From the NCBI RefSeq assembly GCF_000497125.1, contig NC_090600.1, positions 1,013,197 to 1,077,196 of the forward strand: a stretch of DNA of 64,000 nt, read 5' to 3'. Origin of the DNA: Spironucleus salmonicida (Eukaryota). The notes beneath the pieces are model-generated. The model saw nothing but the letters and a program-made list of their open reading frames with translations, did no database searches and was not told the DNA's origin. This document shows, one piece after another, positions 26,298 through 39,917 of the stretch. The position numbers were made by a program, and so were the translations under genes. The stretch's first letter is position 1. Every line of letters starts with the position of its first letter.

Positions 26298-27306
26298 TGG
26301 ACGACTAAATAATCGATACTTGAGTATTTTTCTACAATCAAAAACTATTGCAAATGGGTATTTGTAACAAACTTTATTGATATATTAAAATATATACTAA
26401 CTAATCTATAATAATCTCAAATAAAACTAATCTGATTAATTAATGATTGTTTAAAATCTGATGCAATATGATATACCATAGTTTTGATTTTAGAAGTAAT
26501 ACTATTAGTGAAACTTGTATATTATAGTTTATTTAGAGTAAAATATTAATTGAATCCTAAAATTAGTCATAATCTTTTAATTAAAATTATATAAAAATTA
26601 TAATATTATGTTTTATATTACCTTAGTTAGTATTATCTCTTAATATTACTTAAAATAACTAATTAAAATATTTTTTGCTAAAATTACAATATATTTCATT
26701 TTATATAAACTTTCAATATCTGTAATAAATAAATTAGAACTTATTTAATTATTTTCAAATAGTATATTATATGGTCATTATCATTATTGATTTTAATACT
26801 AGCTAAATTAATATTATAAAATAAATAAAGAGCATCTTGAATTTTCTTATTTAGCTAATCTATTTACAAACTATTACAGATCGTACATTTAAATTAACTA
26901 AAATAAGTTTATATAAGAACATTAATTTATTTTTCAGATAAAATTATACAATCTAACTAATATTTTAAAACTTAACCCTTAAATTAATGAATTAAAGATT
27001 ATTTTAAAATTTTATTAATGGCCTGACATTATTGTATATTGCTTCGATTATAGAATGAAATTTTAACGATTAATAATTTAACTAGTGTTTTTTATTATTT
27101 CAAAATCATAATTTGTTAAGTTTATGATATATTCTCATAAATAACGTTTAGTTTTTTATCTTATCTAATTTTTAAAATTATACTTGAGAACCATATTACT
27201 TATCAATAATGTGATATTAGTTAGCCATTTTGATGAAATTTAATTTCCTATATTGGACACATAACTCGTTTATGCAAATTTATTTAAATCAAAATAAAGT
27301 TTTCAT

Positions 27307-28167
27307 TCAAGGAGTGAGTAAGAAACATTAAACTTCTATGCCACAGTGATTTTGGCCTCTAATAATTCTGAAGAAACCATTTTCTCCAAAACTGTTACCC
27401 CATGAGTTTTTAACAGTCCAGTAAGGAGTACCATTTTCTTCACCATAGCCTACAAACATAACAGAGTGTTTACCTTCTGCATAACCAGAAGTATGTTCAT
27501 AAATACCACTTTCATAGTACATGAAATCAGAGAAGACAAAAAAGTCAGTTTAAACAACACCTTTAGTGATGGCAACTTTAATAGATTCTTCATCAGCACA
27601 TACATTTTCAGTCTTAGTTGCTTTGACGAATTCAAGATCAGATTTATCATTACATTTTTTAGGACATTTACCGCTTTTTCCAGATATACCAGAAGTATAC
27701 GGAGTGCATTTATTAGTTACAGTACCTGTATTAATAAGATAGTTCTAAACAGCTTTGATATATCCACCATCGCATCCTACATCTGTTGGGTCGCAAGAAA
27801 CTACATATTATTCAGAAAGCTAAATACGTTTTTTGTCTAACTTTTAAATACATCTGTTGTCAGCAAGTTGATTAACAGATGAGAAGGCCCAGCACGAGCC
27901 ACAGTCTGCCTAATCCCGAACAGTCTTAGCTCCAGCACACTCTGGCATTTCATGATTCCAATTCCAAAATTCTGGCACTTCGCCAGTTAATTTCACGGTA
28001 GGAGCTGGTAGTTGCTACATATTCTTACTTAATAGAGATTTTACTTAGACAACAGACATACCCTCAAAACGTTTAGGAATACCAGCCTTCCATTTCATAT
28101 TAGGCACACGCTTTAGAGATTCGAGGAACTCCTGCTTATGATAGAGCTCAGCCAGGACAACAAACAT
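27307..28167 (-). CDS. Cathepsin B-like cysteine protease (papain family C1A, 286 aa)
   Basis: Catalytic motifs [27 protein letters not shown] and YWTVKNSWG. The oxyanion-hole Gln is encoded by TAG. Confidence 0.95.
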
Positions 28168-29259
28168 TTGTTAGAAACGGGAGTTAAGAACCGATTTATT
28201 TTTATAAGATAAATAAATCTTTATAGTTTATAATCAAATTTAGAAAATTTTATTTTCGTAATTATAAAATAATTAGTTATTACTGCAGTTGAGCCTTATT
28301 TTTGATGAAGGAAGTATTATTACTCTTATTACTTAATATGTATTATATTACGAGATTTCATACGTTATATTGATATGATATATATTTATTTATAAATAGT
28401 ATTGATATCAAAAATACACTATGATTATACTTACTGAAAATGTAATTGTATAATATTAAATTATACTTCCGTATTATATTATTATATATACATTAAATAA
28501 AAAATTAATTCGATAAATTTTTATAAGGTGGCGTGGAACCCTAAAAACTTAATGATATTAACAATATATTTTTCTATACAAATAATAAAAGTATTTGTAT
28601 TTGTATATGATATTATATTATAAATAAATTCAAGGATAATTCTTAACATATAATTAAATTATAGTTACAATTGTAACTTCTGAAGTAGATACTAACAGTT
28701 AAATAGTATTTATTATCATATAAAACACTATAATCTGTTATAAAAATAATTATAATTATTCACTAACATATAAAGCTTCCTATAAAACATTAATTATATT
28801 TATTCGTGTAGTACTAGATAGAATCAGTTTAGGAATTCATTAATAAATAAACATATCTTCTATTTGCTAATTTGACTATTATAATTATAGTTGTTTTAAT
28901 ATATGTAAATATTTTTAAACTAGAGACTATTTAATTCATCGAGAGATGCTACAAGTTGATTTCGAAGAAGTGAATGCACAACGCATCATTGATGTATAAA
29001 TAAATAATTAATGAACTTATAATTATTAATATTATTTCTTTAAACTTTAAACAGTATTTTTATGTAAAATTCAAATTCTAACATAAAATACAAATATTGA
29101 ATAATTTTTCTATATTTAAATGACTGTGGTATCAGTAGCATAAAATTTATAATATATGAATTCAATTTTTATAGAGTTAGTTTCGATCATAATATTTTAA
29201 ATGTCATTTACTAAAAACAAAGGTTATAATAATAAATAATATTATTATATTTCTTTAAA

Positions 29260-29742
29260 ATGTAATCACCATTCATCGATTTTGTTAATAGAAAATAAAA
29301 CACATTAAAGATGAGTCGACCTATGTCTACTAGTAAATTTTATCTTAGTAATAGTAATACTGTTACTTTTTAAGAAAGGATAGATTTTGATAATGTATAT
29401 CTTAGATTATCAAAAACATGTTAGGATTAAGAGTATTAATAAAAATAACAAATTTATGCATCTGTATACTATAAATAACGAGAAATTCTCAATAAAATAA
29501 AAAATGAAGAGATTGAAAGGACTATTGTAAAACATGCTATTTCAGATCTCCAGAAAATCACAGCTTTAGCGAGTGCAAATAGATACAAAAAGTACTAGTA
29601 ACATATCCCAGGGCAGCCTTATAGAAAAAGTCGAGATACAATTGAGTAAGATACGTTTGATTTGGGATTTGATATTGTAAGCGTTATAGACAGATGTGCA
29701 ACAAGAAAGTCCCTCAATTAGAGCTAGACAAAGTTTAAATGA
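29260..29742 (+). CDS. Hypothetical protein (160 aa)
   Basis: aaaATG, MQSPFIDFVNRKQ...QSQTKFK*, open under table 6. Confidence 0.55.
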
Positions 29743-30148
29743 TTGTAGCAATAATATGCTACTTTTTATCATGTGTGATAGTTAATAAATATATATTATT
29801 TATGCAATTAAATTATTTAAGAGTAATCATCAAACAAGTTTTAAAGATTACATGCAAAAAATTATGATTTAACACGCTCTTAAGGTCTAGTTAGCAAAAA
29901 ATTAGCACATATACTTAACATTATTAAATAGTATACTTTGTACACAAAATATTACAACAGTTTATAATTATACTACCCATTACAGCTAAAATCATATAAT
30001 ATGTATTATCTAAACCTACAATCGTGTTTAGTACCTAAATTACAAACTATTATGTCATCAATAAACCTTAGCTTTAATCATTTATATAAAATTACCATAT
30101 TATATATTACAATCTCTATATACTTTCCCACTCCAATTTTTTAAAAAT

Positions 30149-33100
30149 ATGTACGCCGATATCAAATCTTTTCAGGTAGAGGCCTCCGACAGAATTTAGC
30201 ATCTGATGCTGGATGCCAAAAAGACAACTGCATACGTATTGCTTCAGGATGGCTCGTTTTCGGCCTTCAGGTCATCCACCGTCAGGCCAACGTTCACGCG
30301 AGACTCTCCATCGCTCCAGCTGAAAGCATCCCTGATCGCATCACACCCATTTCTAGATATTTGCGCGATCTCGACGCTCACCGGCGAGGTTCACATTTTC
30401 AACAGCGAAACCAACGAGCTGACGCAGCTCCCTCCTCTACACCAATCTGAGCTCTCGATACTGCAATTTATTGCATACGGCCGTATACTCATCACCGGTG
30501 ACGTATCCGGTAGACTAATAGTTTCCCAATTCGACCCCAAAACTTTGACGCTGACACCAGTTGCCAAAATCCAGCGGTCTGGGCGCCCCATTTTCGCATT
30601 TGAGCGCACTGCCTGCACGCAGAACTTCTATCTGAACTTCGCTTAGGAGGAGCAGATTGGCGACAAGATCGCGAGCTAAATAGGTCAGGGCCCGCTCGAA
30701 ATCATAGTCGGATACGACAAAGGCGATTTACTAGTTATTCAGGACGCTGCGAAGCATTAGATCATCGCAAACCTACCACAAGGGATTTTTAAGGTCTTTT
30801 ACTGGGGTGAAAACGATACTGGTGCAGCGATCAGCCCAGCGGGTGATCTGGTGATTTTTGGCTTCGAAACAGTCGGCTGGAGGTCAAAAAAACTCATTTT
30901 TGGCCGTAGCAAGCTCGAATTCAGCCAGAAAAATGACATTGTGCAAGTCGGTAACTGTAAGCTTGCATATGTTAGTACAACTGGTGCGCAGATCAAAATT
31001 ATTGACGTTTTCAACTAGAATGCGCAGATCATTGAAATTGATGATTTCCTATCAGATTTCACTGGTGTCAATGGTACAATTTCGTATATCCACGGTGTTG
31101 GCGTAATAGTGCCAGTAAAGTCCGTCAATTACCTCGTAATCATTGATTTGGAGCAGTCGAAAGTCGTAAAAAGTCGCTTCAATTCGGAGTGCTTTAACAA
31201 CAATTTTTTGAGCGTTTTAGACGGAAATATAGCTGATATCACCAAAACCACCGCAACAAGCAGCTAAAACTACACAGTAGTTGACACTATTGAATTATCC
31301 TTCAAAAACGCGTTTTCGAAGGCAAATTCGGACTCAATTTTGCTCAGCGACCGGGAATTTGCATTCCCGTCCGATGGCACGCTCTAAGTCTTCCAAATCC
31401 TGTCGTTCAAGCGCCCAAAGACGTCAAGCTCGACGCAAATCAACGCCGTTTTGCTCCAGCAAACCCTGCAGAACGAGTCGCCCATCAACAAGCACTTCCT
31501 CGAAAACCAGTTCCAGCGCGCCAGAAACACGATACTTTCCGCATTTCAGACCAATTACAATACCGTGAAAATAATTTTTGAGGGAGTGGAAAGTCTAATT
31601 CAAACTGAATTCGAAATTGAAAACATAGCCACAATCTTATCCGCCAGCGACAAACAGGGCTATGTCGTCGTTTAGGGTGGAAGGAATATTGCGACATTCG
31701 AGGTCCAGAACACCCAAACGAGCCAAATTGAGTCCTTCAAAACCGAGCACGAAGTCACCGCAATCGCGCTGTTCGGGCGGCACATTATCGCCTCGCTGAC
31801 AGTTCGCGAGGAGGGAAAAGCCGCGCGCTTTGAGCTCCAAAAGCTCACGATTTCGGGCACCGTCTCGCAGACGCTGAGCCTGGGCTGCAAAATCCTCAAA
31901 ATTCAGGTCGTGAATTTTCACTTGTTCTTGTGCGCTTAGCAGGTGCTGTTTTACGCCGAAATGAAGGGCTTCAGCCAGGTCCTCGAGATCTGCAAAATTG
32001 CGAAAGATTACCTCTTCAGCACCGAGAATGACCAGGTCATGCTCATTAATGAGCTCCCCGGGCCCATGATCAACATAAAAGACTCGCTCAAGAACTCGTT
32101 CAACATCCAAACCGTGCAGATTAGCGGGTTTACGGCGATCTCGTCGCTGGAGAACATCAATTTCGTGAATTTGGCGTTCAGCTTCACCTGTTTCAACGAT
32201 ATTTTGTGCCAAAACATCGAAATTCCAACCGTTTTCACACTGCAGGTCGATATTTCCGACATCCAGCAGATCATAAATTCTAAGGAAATCACGTCCTCGA
32301 ATTTCGTCAAAAGCGCGCGCGTTCTGGATTTCACGCCTCACGTCGTGAGAGAAGCGAAGTTCGACTGTTTCGAGAACCTGTGCGTAGAAACCGAGCTCAC
32401 CGATCTGAACATATTCCTGCTAATCGGCTTTTCGGCCTCAATTTCGAAGCGCTTTTGCGTCTTTCACAGGAACGTTTTACTGTACGAAAACTGCACAATT
32501 CTGCGCCAAATCGTCGAAAGCACGCGCGAGTTCGCTGAGGAAGAGGAGCACCAGGATATTCAGCTTGCGAACGGGCTCAGCATGGTCCAGTTTTTGCAGT
32601 TTTTGTCCATCAAGGTCAGCAAGACCGAGCGCGAGCGCATCCTGACGGCGAACTGCGACAATTACGTTGATAAGAACATTATAATGATCTAAGGTGTTTT
32701 CGCCCCTTTTTTGATTCCAAAGATCGAAAACCACGAAATTTCGTGTCAGCTTTTAAGTTTTATTAGTCCCATTATAGGTGTAATTTGCCGGGAAAACCGG
32801 CGCAAGCAGCTCGTCCAAAAGGTGCTCTCGCTGACCTCCTTGACGCCATCTGAGCCGTTCAACCAGTCCCCAAAGACAACTTTCACGCTCACGAAGTTCA
32901 TCATTTCGGTGCAGAATAACCGCTTTTCGGACGCCTACAACTTCGTCGCACAGTTCGACTCGCCCGAAATCTGGCGCTCGCTGGCGTCGCTATGCGTCAA
33001 AAACAACTACTTCGACCTGCTGAAAACGTGCATTTCGCACTTGAAGCAGCCAATGGTCTCGCTCATTTTGCGCTCGAACTCAATCGCGTCCGACAACAAA

Positions 33101-34978
33101 AACCAGGAAATCTCGTCGCTGCTTTCGATCATTTTGAACGATTTGAACACCGGAATGCAAATCGTCCAGAGCAAGCCGATTTTGTCCTCTAAGATCATGA
33201 ACCAGGTAGGTTTAGGCACGTTCCAGCTCGAGGCGAAGACCTCCGGCTTCAGCTCAATAACGCGGAAATCGACTATCTACAACCAGGCAAACCGGCTCTT
33301 CCAGCTCGGGGACAACGTTGGCTCTAACGCGTGCTACAGCGAGATTTTTTAGGGCGAAAACATCTACATTTCGGATGTGATATAGCAGCAGAACCAAGTC
33401 CAGAATTTGAACGCAAAGGAGCAGATTATGCAGGAGTTCGAGAGCAACGGGCTCACCCAGGCGGTGCAGCTGGCGAAGCGCCTGAACAGCAAATCGAGCC
33501 TCTTCACGGCGGCGAATCTGCTCGAGAAGGCTGCCTACGACCAGAATAACGTGAACTGGATCCAGGAGGCCGCGAAGTTGTACAATTTGGCAGGCTGCCA
33601 GACGCACGCGTTGCAGTGCGGAATAGCGTGCCAAAACGACGATGTGATTTACAACATCGGCAGTACTACTAAGAACTAGCGGATTTCGCTCCAGGCGGCT
33701 GCATATTTCGCGAAGAAGGCGGGCGAGGGCGATTGCCTGGAGAGGGCGCTGGTCCTCTACTCGTGCTCTGGTTTCACCGGCCAGGCGGTCGAGTTGTGCC
33801 TCCAAACTGGCAAAATCAAGGAGCTCTCGGGCCTGCTGAACGACTCACTGAACAACAACGGGAAGATCTCGCAGGAGCTGCTCATCAAGTCCGGCACCAT
33901 GCTGATTTAGTTGGACCAGTCGCAGTTCGCTCTGGATGACTATAACTCCTTCTTGACGACCGGCATTCTGGCGCTGGCGCACGCGAAGGCGACCGACCAG
34001 GCGCTCCATTTCATCGCGTCTGACAAGCTCAAAATTAACGCGAAACTGGCCGACTTGCTCACTCCAGAAGATGCAAAAACTGCTGAAAACCAGCAGATTG
34101 TCATCACGATCGGTAAGCTGCTTTTCAAGGCCGAGCTGTACCAGGAGGCCGTCTAGAAATTCATTTTGGCGAACGATTCCTACCTGGCGCTGAACGCGCT
34201 CATTAAGCTCGGCAACGTTGAAAAGGTTGTCAAGTTCGCATAAATGTCCCGCAACAAGAACTGCTTCATCGCTGCCGGCAACTTCCTCCAAACTCAAAAC
34301 TTCCGCGATAATCTGCAGTTTATGACCTGGATTATCCAGTTTTACCAAAAGGCGAACGCGATCGAGTTCCTGATCAAGTTCTTCATGAACTGCGCGACGG
34401 AGGAAATCGACGTCTTCAACGACTACGAGAAGGCCATGGACGCGCTCAGAGAGGCCGCGAAGTGGATCGGAAAGTTCATAGTCCAGCTGCAGGAGAACAA
34501 CGAGTCGAACGAGAAGCTGGAGAGGCTCAGGAACGATAAGAAGCTCGTTGAGCAGAACGGGCGGCTCATAATGGGCTTCCTGAACCTAATCGACTTCGCG
34601 CGCAACAACCTGAACAACGTCGACGCCAGCGAGACGCTCACGCAGAACGCCAAAAAGCTCACGCAGGCGATCGTTGCGCAGGATAACTGCATGGTGCAGG
34701 TTCCGCACGTTTTGGCCTTTATGTGCGAGTTCCATGCGCAGCGAGGTGAGAGCAGTCGCGTGCTACAGATCATGAAGAACATGCAGAGCCAGGGTTTCAG
34801 CGTCGAAAAATACGTTGACGAGGGAGTAGTATCGCAGTACGGTAGCGAGCTCGGGATCGAGGTCAAGAAGAAGGCCGACCTACAGGACGTTGAGGTGGAA
34901 CAGGGAGTGCAGGAGGAAGTTCAGCAGAGTCCCGTGAACGACGACATTGGGGACGTCGACATCGAGATTGAGCTCTGA
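30149..34978 (+). CDS. IFT140: Intraflagellar transport protein 140 (WD40 + TPR, ~1609 aa)
   Basis: One frame links track ORFs 30206, 31451, 31943, 32711, 33407, 33911 and 34244. C-terminal ALIKLGNVEKVVKFAQMSRNKNCFIAAGNFLQT...FYQKA...CATEEIDVFNDYEKAMDAL matches the IFT140 pattern as I recall it. Confidence 0.9.
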
Positions 34979-36186
34979 GGGGCGAGTGAAGGTATTGGAA
35001 ACGTTTGGCTTTTGCGCGACTTTGGTCGTAAATCGTCGGGCAGGGTTCGCGCGATGGGAGAAATTTGATGCTGGTTGGTGGTACTAGGATAACTAGTGTA
35101 TCTGTAGTGCGGACTTCGACCCGGCTATCACTCGTTAGTTAAGTGAGTTGCGTGACATGAATTGCTCTGTTGGTGTTGAATTTGCTATCAGTTTAGTGAA
35201 ATAATGGTAGTCAGATGAAGACTCGTGAGCTGTAAGCTGGATTAACGCTACTCAAAGGCATTCTCATGATGGCGAGCTTAACACTATAGTTTAGCCACAT
35301 TGCGAGAAAACTCCACATTCTGCTACTTGGTACTGCGGTACTGTAAAATATATTCTGCGATTGAGGGAGTTGGCCGCAGTCTAATATAATATGAATATAT
35401 ATTTCAGATAAAGACCAGATAGTTTTGACGAGTTCGGTAAATTGGCATATCTTGTGATGACAAAGGTGAATATTGCCGTGATTGAGATATGCTAGCATGG
35501 GTAAGCAAAACAAGCCTTAGCCTTCTTGTATATATCTTTTACCTGTCCTAGCTAAGGACTGCGATGTACTAAACAGTCTAGAACTGCTCAGTCCCTTAAA
35601 TTACGGTAAATGATGTAAATTAGTACGAAAACCCTAGCTGAACCTAGTACCTAAGAGTACGTCTGAAACAAGTAGTTACTAAACTTTAAGTAATAATATA
35701 TAAAGTAAAAATTTAAATTTTACTTTTTATATTATTTAGTTTAGAGAGTAAAGTTTTATTACAGTGGAATGCTTTTCTGACAAAAATATGGTAATGACTA
35801 AATTTATGGGAAACCATTAAAATAATTAATCCTATAACAACATAATACTTGTAAAATATAAAAATACTTGCTTTGCATTAGTTAGCGAGCTATAATTGCC
35901 AATGCTGTATAATAAATATAATTCATGAGTACCTTAAACCAAAAAATAACAACCTATCATATAAGTTCAGTAATTATATGTAAAAATATAAAAACTAAAA
36001 ACTGCATACTAGCAATATATATCAATATTAGTACACCAAACCTACCTAGCTTTCATCAAAAACTTCCATCAGATAGACCATATAGTCATACCTAATATTA
36101 ATAAATTGTGTATTTAAAAAATAATAAATTTAACCTACAATAATTTATGCCAATCATTATAATCTAAATTTAACTTTTGTTTCTAA

Positions 36187-37080
36187 ATGACAGATCCAGG
36201 TACCTGCTCAAACAACGGTATACGCTGTTCAGTTGGATATTCTTGTCCATCCTACACTGATGAGAGTGTTACCTGTCTGCCATGCTCAGATAAAATGACA
36301 GCTGGCTAACGTTGTGTATGTAAACCAGGTATAGAGATCGTGGACTGTATATAGTGTTCAAATGGGAAATGTTCAGCATGTTTGCCTGGAACTTACCTTG
36401 ATGTTGATTATTGTCCAGACTGCTCTAAGGGATGTGAAGTATGCATCGATAAAAATACATGTACAAAATGCTCCAAAGATTATTTCCTAAATGAAACTAC
36501 CAACTAGTGCACTTCTGAATGTACATCCAATATGGCTTGTCAATTCAATGGCGGTGGTTATTGTGATAAAAGTACAGGCAAGTGCATACCCTGTAACGCA
36601 GACTGTGAAATTTGCTCTGCTGCTAACGTGTGCGACACTTGTAAAGATAGTCGTAATATGGCTTCCAAGGAAGGACTTTGTATTGTGACGTGTGAAGAGC
36701 GGGGAAATGGTTAGTATTGTGATAATGATGTCGTAAAGTAGTGCGAAAAGGATATAAAAACTTCCTGCAGGTGTGGTGAAGCCATAAATTGTGAAATGTG
36801 CAGCCCTGAGGGGACCTAATGCAGTACTTGTCTGGCAGAATTTATGATAAACGAAGTTGGACACTGTACGGACTGTGGAGACGGATTTGAGCGAATAGAA
36901 ACAGTATGCTTGCCCAAGCAGACCGATGACGGCTAAGTTCTTAGAGGTGGATCTATCTTCGGCATTATATTCAGTGTTCTTGCAGTAATTGGAGGTTTAG
37001 GTATTGGGATTGCACTATTTTTGATCAAGAGGGGGAAGAAGGTTAAACCTGACGTTGGCGTGACTAATAATCTCGAGTGA
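36187..37080 (+). CDS. Cysteine-rich membrane protein (VSP/CRMP-like, 297 aa)
   Basis: Dense CxxC/CxC motifs, C-terminal TM GSIFGIIFSVLAVIGGLGIGIALFLI followed by KRGKK; stop in AGTGA. Confidence 0.92.
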
Positions 37081-37550
37081 AATTTTCGTCTAATTATTGT
37101 TACTATGGTAATTTGGTAGTTGCACCAATTGATATTGCAACTTCTACTTAAATGTATTATTTTGACTTGGTCGCGTATTGATTAAATGTTTCATTTTAGG
37201 ATAAAATGAGTATATTATATATGTATACATTATAATACTACTTCATCAAATGCATTGAATTTAGTTATTTTAGCCTGTTAAGTTTTTCAAAGTAGTACCT
37301 CAATTTATATTCATGGCCTATATATAATCGTTTTCTATATCTCAAAGTATTAATCATAATTTTCTATAACAATCGGTTGAAAATAGTCTAAGCACATAAC
37401 AAACCAAGAATAACTATGTAATTATCAACTGCCGATTTGTGAATTATTTCATTTCCGTAATTGTATCAGACCTGATGTTTGCTTAGTTCAGGGTAGTCTA
37501 GGTGTGGATTTGAGGTTATCAACTCTTAGTGATAAATATGCTCAATCCGA

Positions 37551-39917
37551 TCAGTTATAATAGGTTTCTACCTTGGCTACTCTGGTAATGCGCCTTTTAT
37601 ACTTCTAAATTAACGTAATTGTACTTCCTATGACGATAACTATCGCAACTACTGATAAAATAATTGCAGTAATTTAGATTCCACTGAGTTTGTTACCTTG
37701 CTCACCAGCTTAGGTTCCATCAGCCCAGCACATATACTATTGCTTCTAATAGCCCTCTGCACATAATTTACACTTTCCATTTCGATCTTTAAGCATATGA
37801 GGTAGACATTCCGCGCAGTCCTTAAAATCTTCAGTGCAAGAGCCACAATTCATCGCATCTGCGCATTTACACTGGGATGTTATGATGCCATTACACAGGG
37901 ATGGGACCCCATTATTGCAGTAATACCCATCTTTAATTCTAAAGCACTCTTCTGTACATTCGCCGGCGGTGGTTGTCACGAATCCGATACGGCAGTTCGA
38001 GCACGACTCAAAATTAGAGCAAAAGTTGCAGTTTTCAGCGCATGGTTAGCAGCTTTACGACACTGGATCACAGAACCCATCTAGAATCTCATGGCATTGG
38101 TTGTGGGCAGTGCAGGGAAAAGTGCACTAGCCCGAAACTTCATCCATCACATAGTTTTCGAGGCACGCTACGCAGGTATCTTCGTCGGTACACGTCAGAC
38201 ATCCGTTCGAGCAGTAGTGGCATTGACCATCGATGAGGAAGCTCTCCTGCATACATTTACTGCATTACCCAGCAAAACAAGAAAGACAGCTAAAGGTCTG
38301 TACTGAGTCTTCGCAAAAACAGCCATCGCTGAAATCTATTCCTTCTGAGCATGGAAGGCAGGCAACTACGTCCCCGTACTCGACAGGACAGTAGTAACCG
38401 GTCTTGCATTCTAGTTCTGTATAAGAGCAAGTGCCAGATACTGAAATGTCCTGCTATTAGGGCCAACACATAGTACCAACTATGTGATATCCGGGTTCAC
38501 ACTCGGTGCATGCTCCGCTGGAATCTTTCGCAGTGTGCGGGAGGCATGTACTGCATGTATTACCACTTGGCTCACATGATGCGCAGTTCTTCGCACTGCC
38601 GCACTTGCATTCGGAAGTGAGGTCTTAGAAGCACATCTTAGATTCTCCGTTATCACAAAACTGGCCGTTATGGAGGTTGCTGCAACTAGGCTCGCAGGTG
38701 CCGTTAGTGGTCGTCACAAATACGGCTGAGCACGCGTTGCAAAAATCTAGAGACGTGCAAGCCTCGCAGGTACCAACACATGCAAGACATTTCTCGCTTT
38801 CCATGTCGCAGAACCCCTCATCTCTATCGAAGCAGTCGAGGTTGGACCTGCATTTGAAGACACACTGTTATGTCTCAGGATCTAATTTATAATCCTCCCA
38901 ACACTCGTCACATTTACCCTCCCTTTCGCATTTTTTACAGCCTTCTGCGCAGTCCGCGCAGGCCCCCTCTACCAAAAAGGTCCCACTGAGACATTTTGCA
39001 CACTGGGTTCCTGCGCAGCTCCAGCAGTCTCCTAGAGAAACGCCTACCTCGCAGAAGCAGCCGTGGCCAAGCCCCATGTCCTCTGTACAGGGCAGGCATG
39101 CAACTGGCACCGAAGCGAACTCTGGGCAGTAGTGGCCTTTAGCGCAGGTGGTTTCCTCGAAGGAGCACGTGCCGGGATCCTCGCTGATCTCGGCCCAGCA
39201 CAAGCCCTCGTTCATCGCAAAGCCATGCTCGCACTGTGTGCAGTTTCCGGCGCTGTCTTTTTGGATGTGCAGGAGGCAGACTTAACAGCTTTTTCCATCT
39301 GAACTGCACGTGGCGCAACCGGCAGAACGTCCGCAGTTGCACTCAGAGGTGCTGTCATCAGAGCAGGGGTGTGGCTGGCCATCTAGGCAGTAGAAACCAG
39401 TTTGAAGACCTTTGCACTCCGGTGTACAGGTTCCTAGCGTTGTCATCACGTAATTGTAGCCGCACACGTTGCATGTGGTCTCGGACGTGCAGTCCAGGCA
39501 TTCTTCCGCGCAGTGCTTGCACGTCTTAGATTTCTGGTCACAGAACCCGCCCGTGATGTCCAGGCAATCGCTGCTGCTGGTGCAAGGGAAGGCGCAGCTT
39601 TTGGAGTCAGGGTGAAAAACATAGCCCTAAATGCATTTTGTACATGTGCTTCCGTCTGTGCACGTCTCGCACCCGTGCGGACAGTCTTCACACTCTCCTG
39701 CCTCTAGATAGGTCTCTGGAATGCATTTAACGCATTTTTGGTCTCGGCACTCGCTGCAGTTGTAGGACTACACGTGGTCTTTGCAGTAGCAGCCTGAGCC
39801 ATAGGAAACGCCTTCTGAGCATGGCTAACAGTCCACAATAGTCTAGTCCTGTGCGGGGCAGTAGTATTAAGCGTTACATGTCGCTGCCATATTGGAGCAC
39901 ACACCAGATTCTGTCAT
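37551..39917 (-). CDS. Cysteine-rich membrane protein (788 aa, three tandem ~240-aa units)
   Basis: One frame joins track ORFs 39282, 38868 and 37746. MTESGVCSN... to TM ITAIILSVVAIVIVIGSTITLI and tail KYKRR...YYN*. Confidence 0.9.

Noticed and set aside
30391-34866. Long minus-strand and off-frame ORFs over IFT140 (e.g. 31637-32341, 33254-33805)
   Set aside because: Antisense shadows of a GC3-rich gene.
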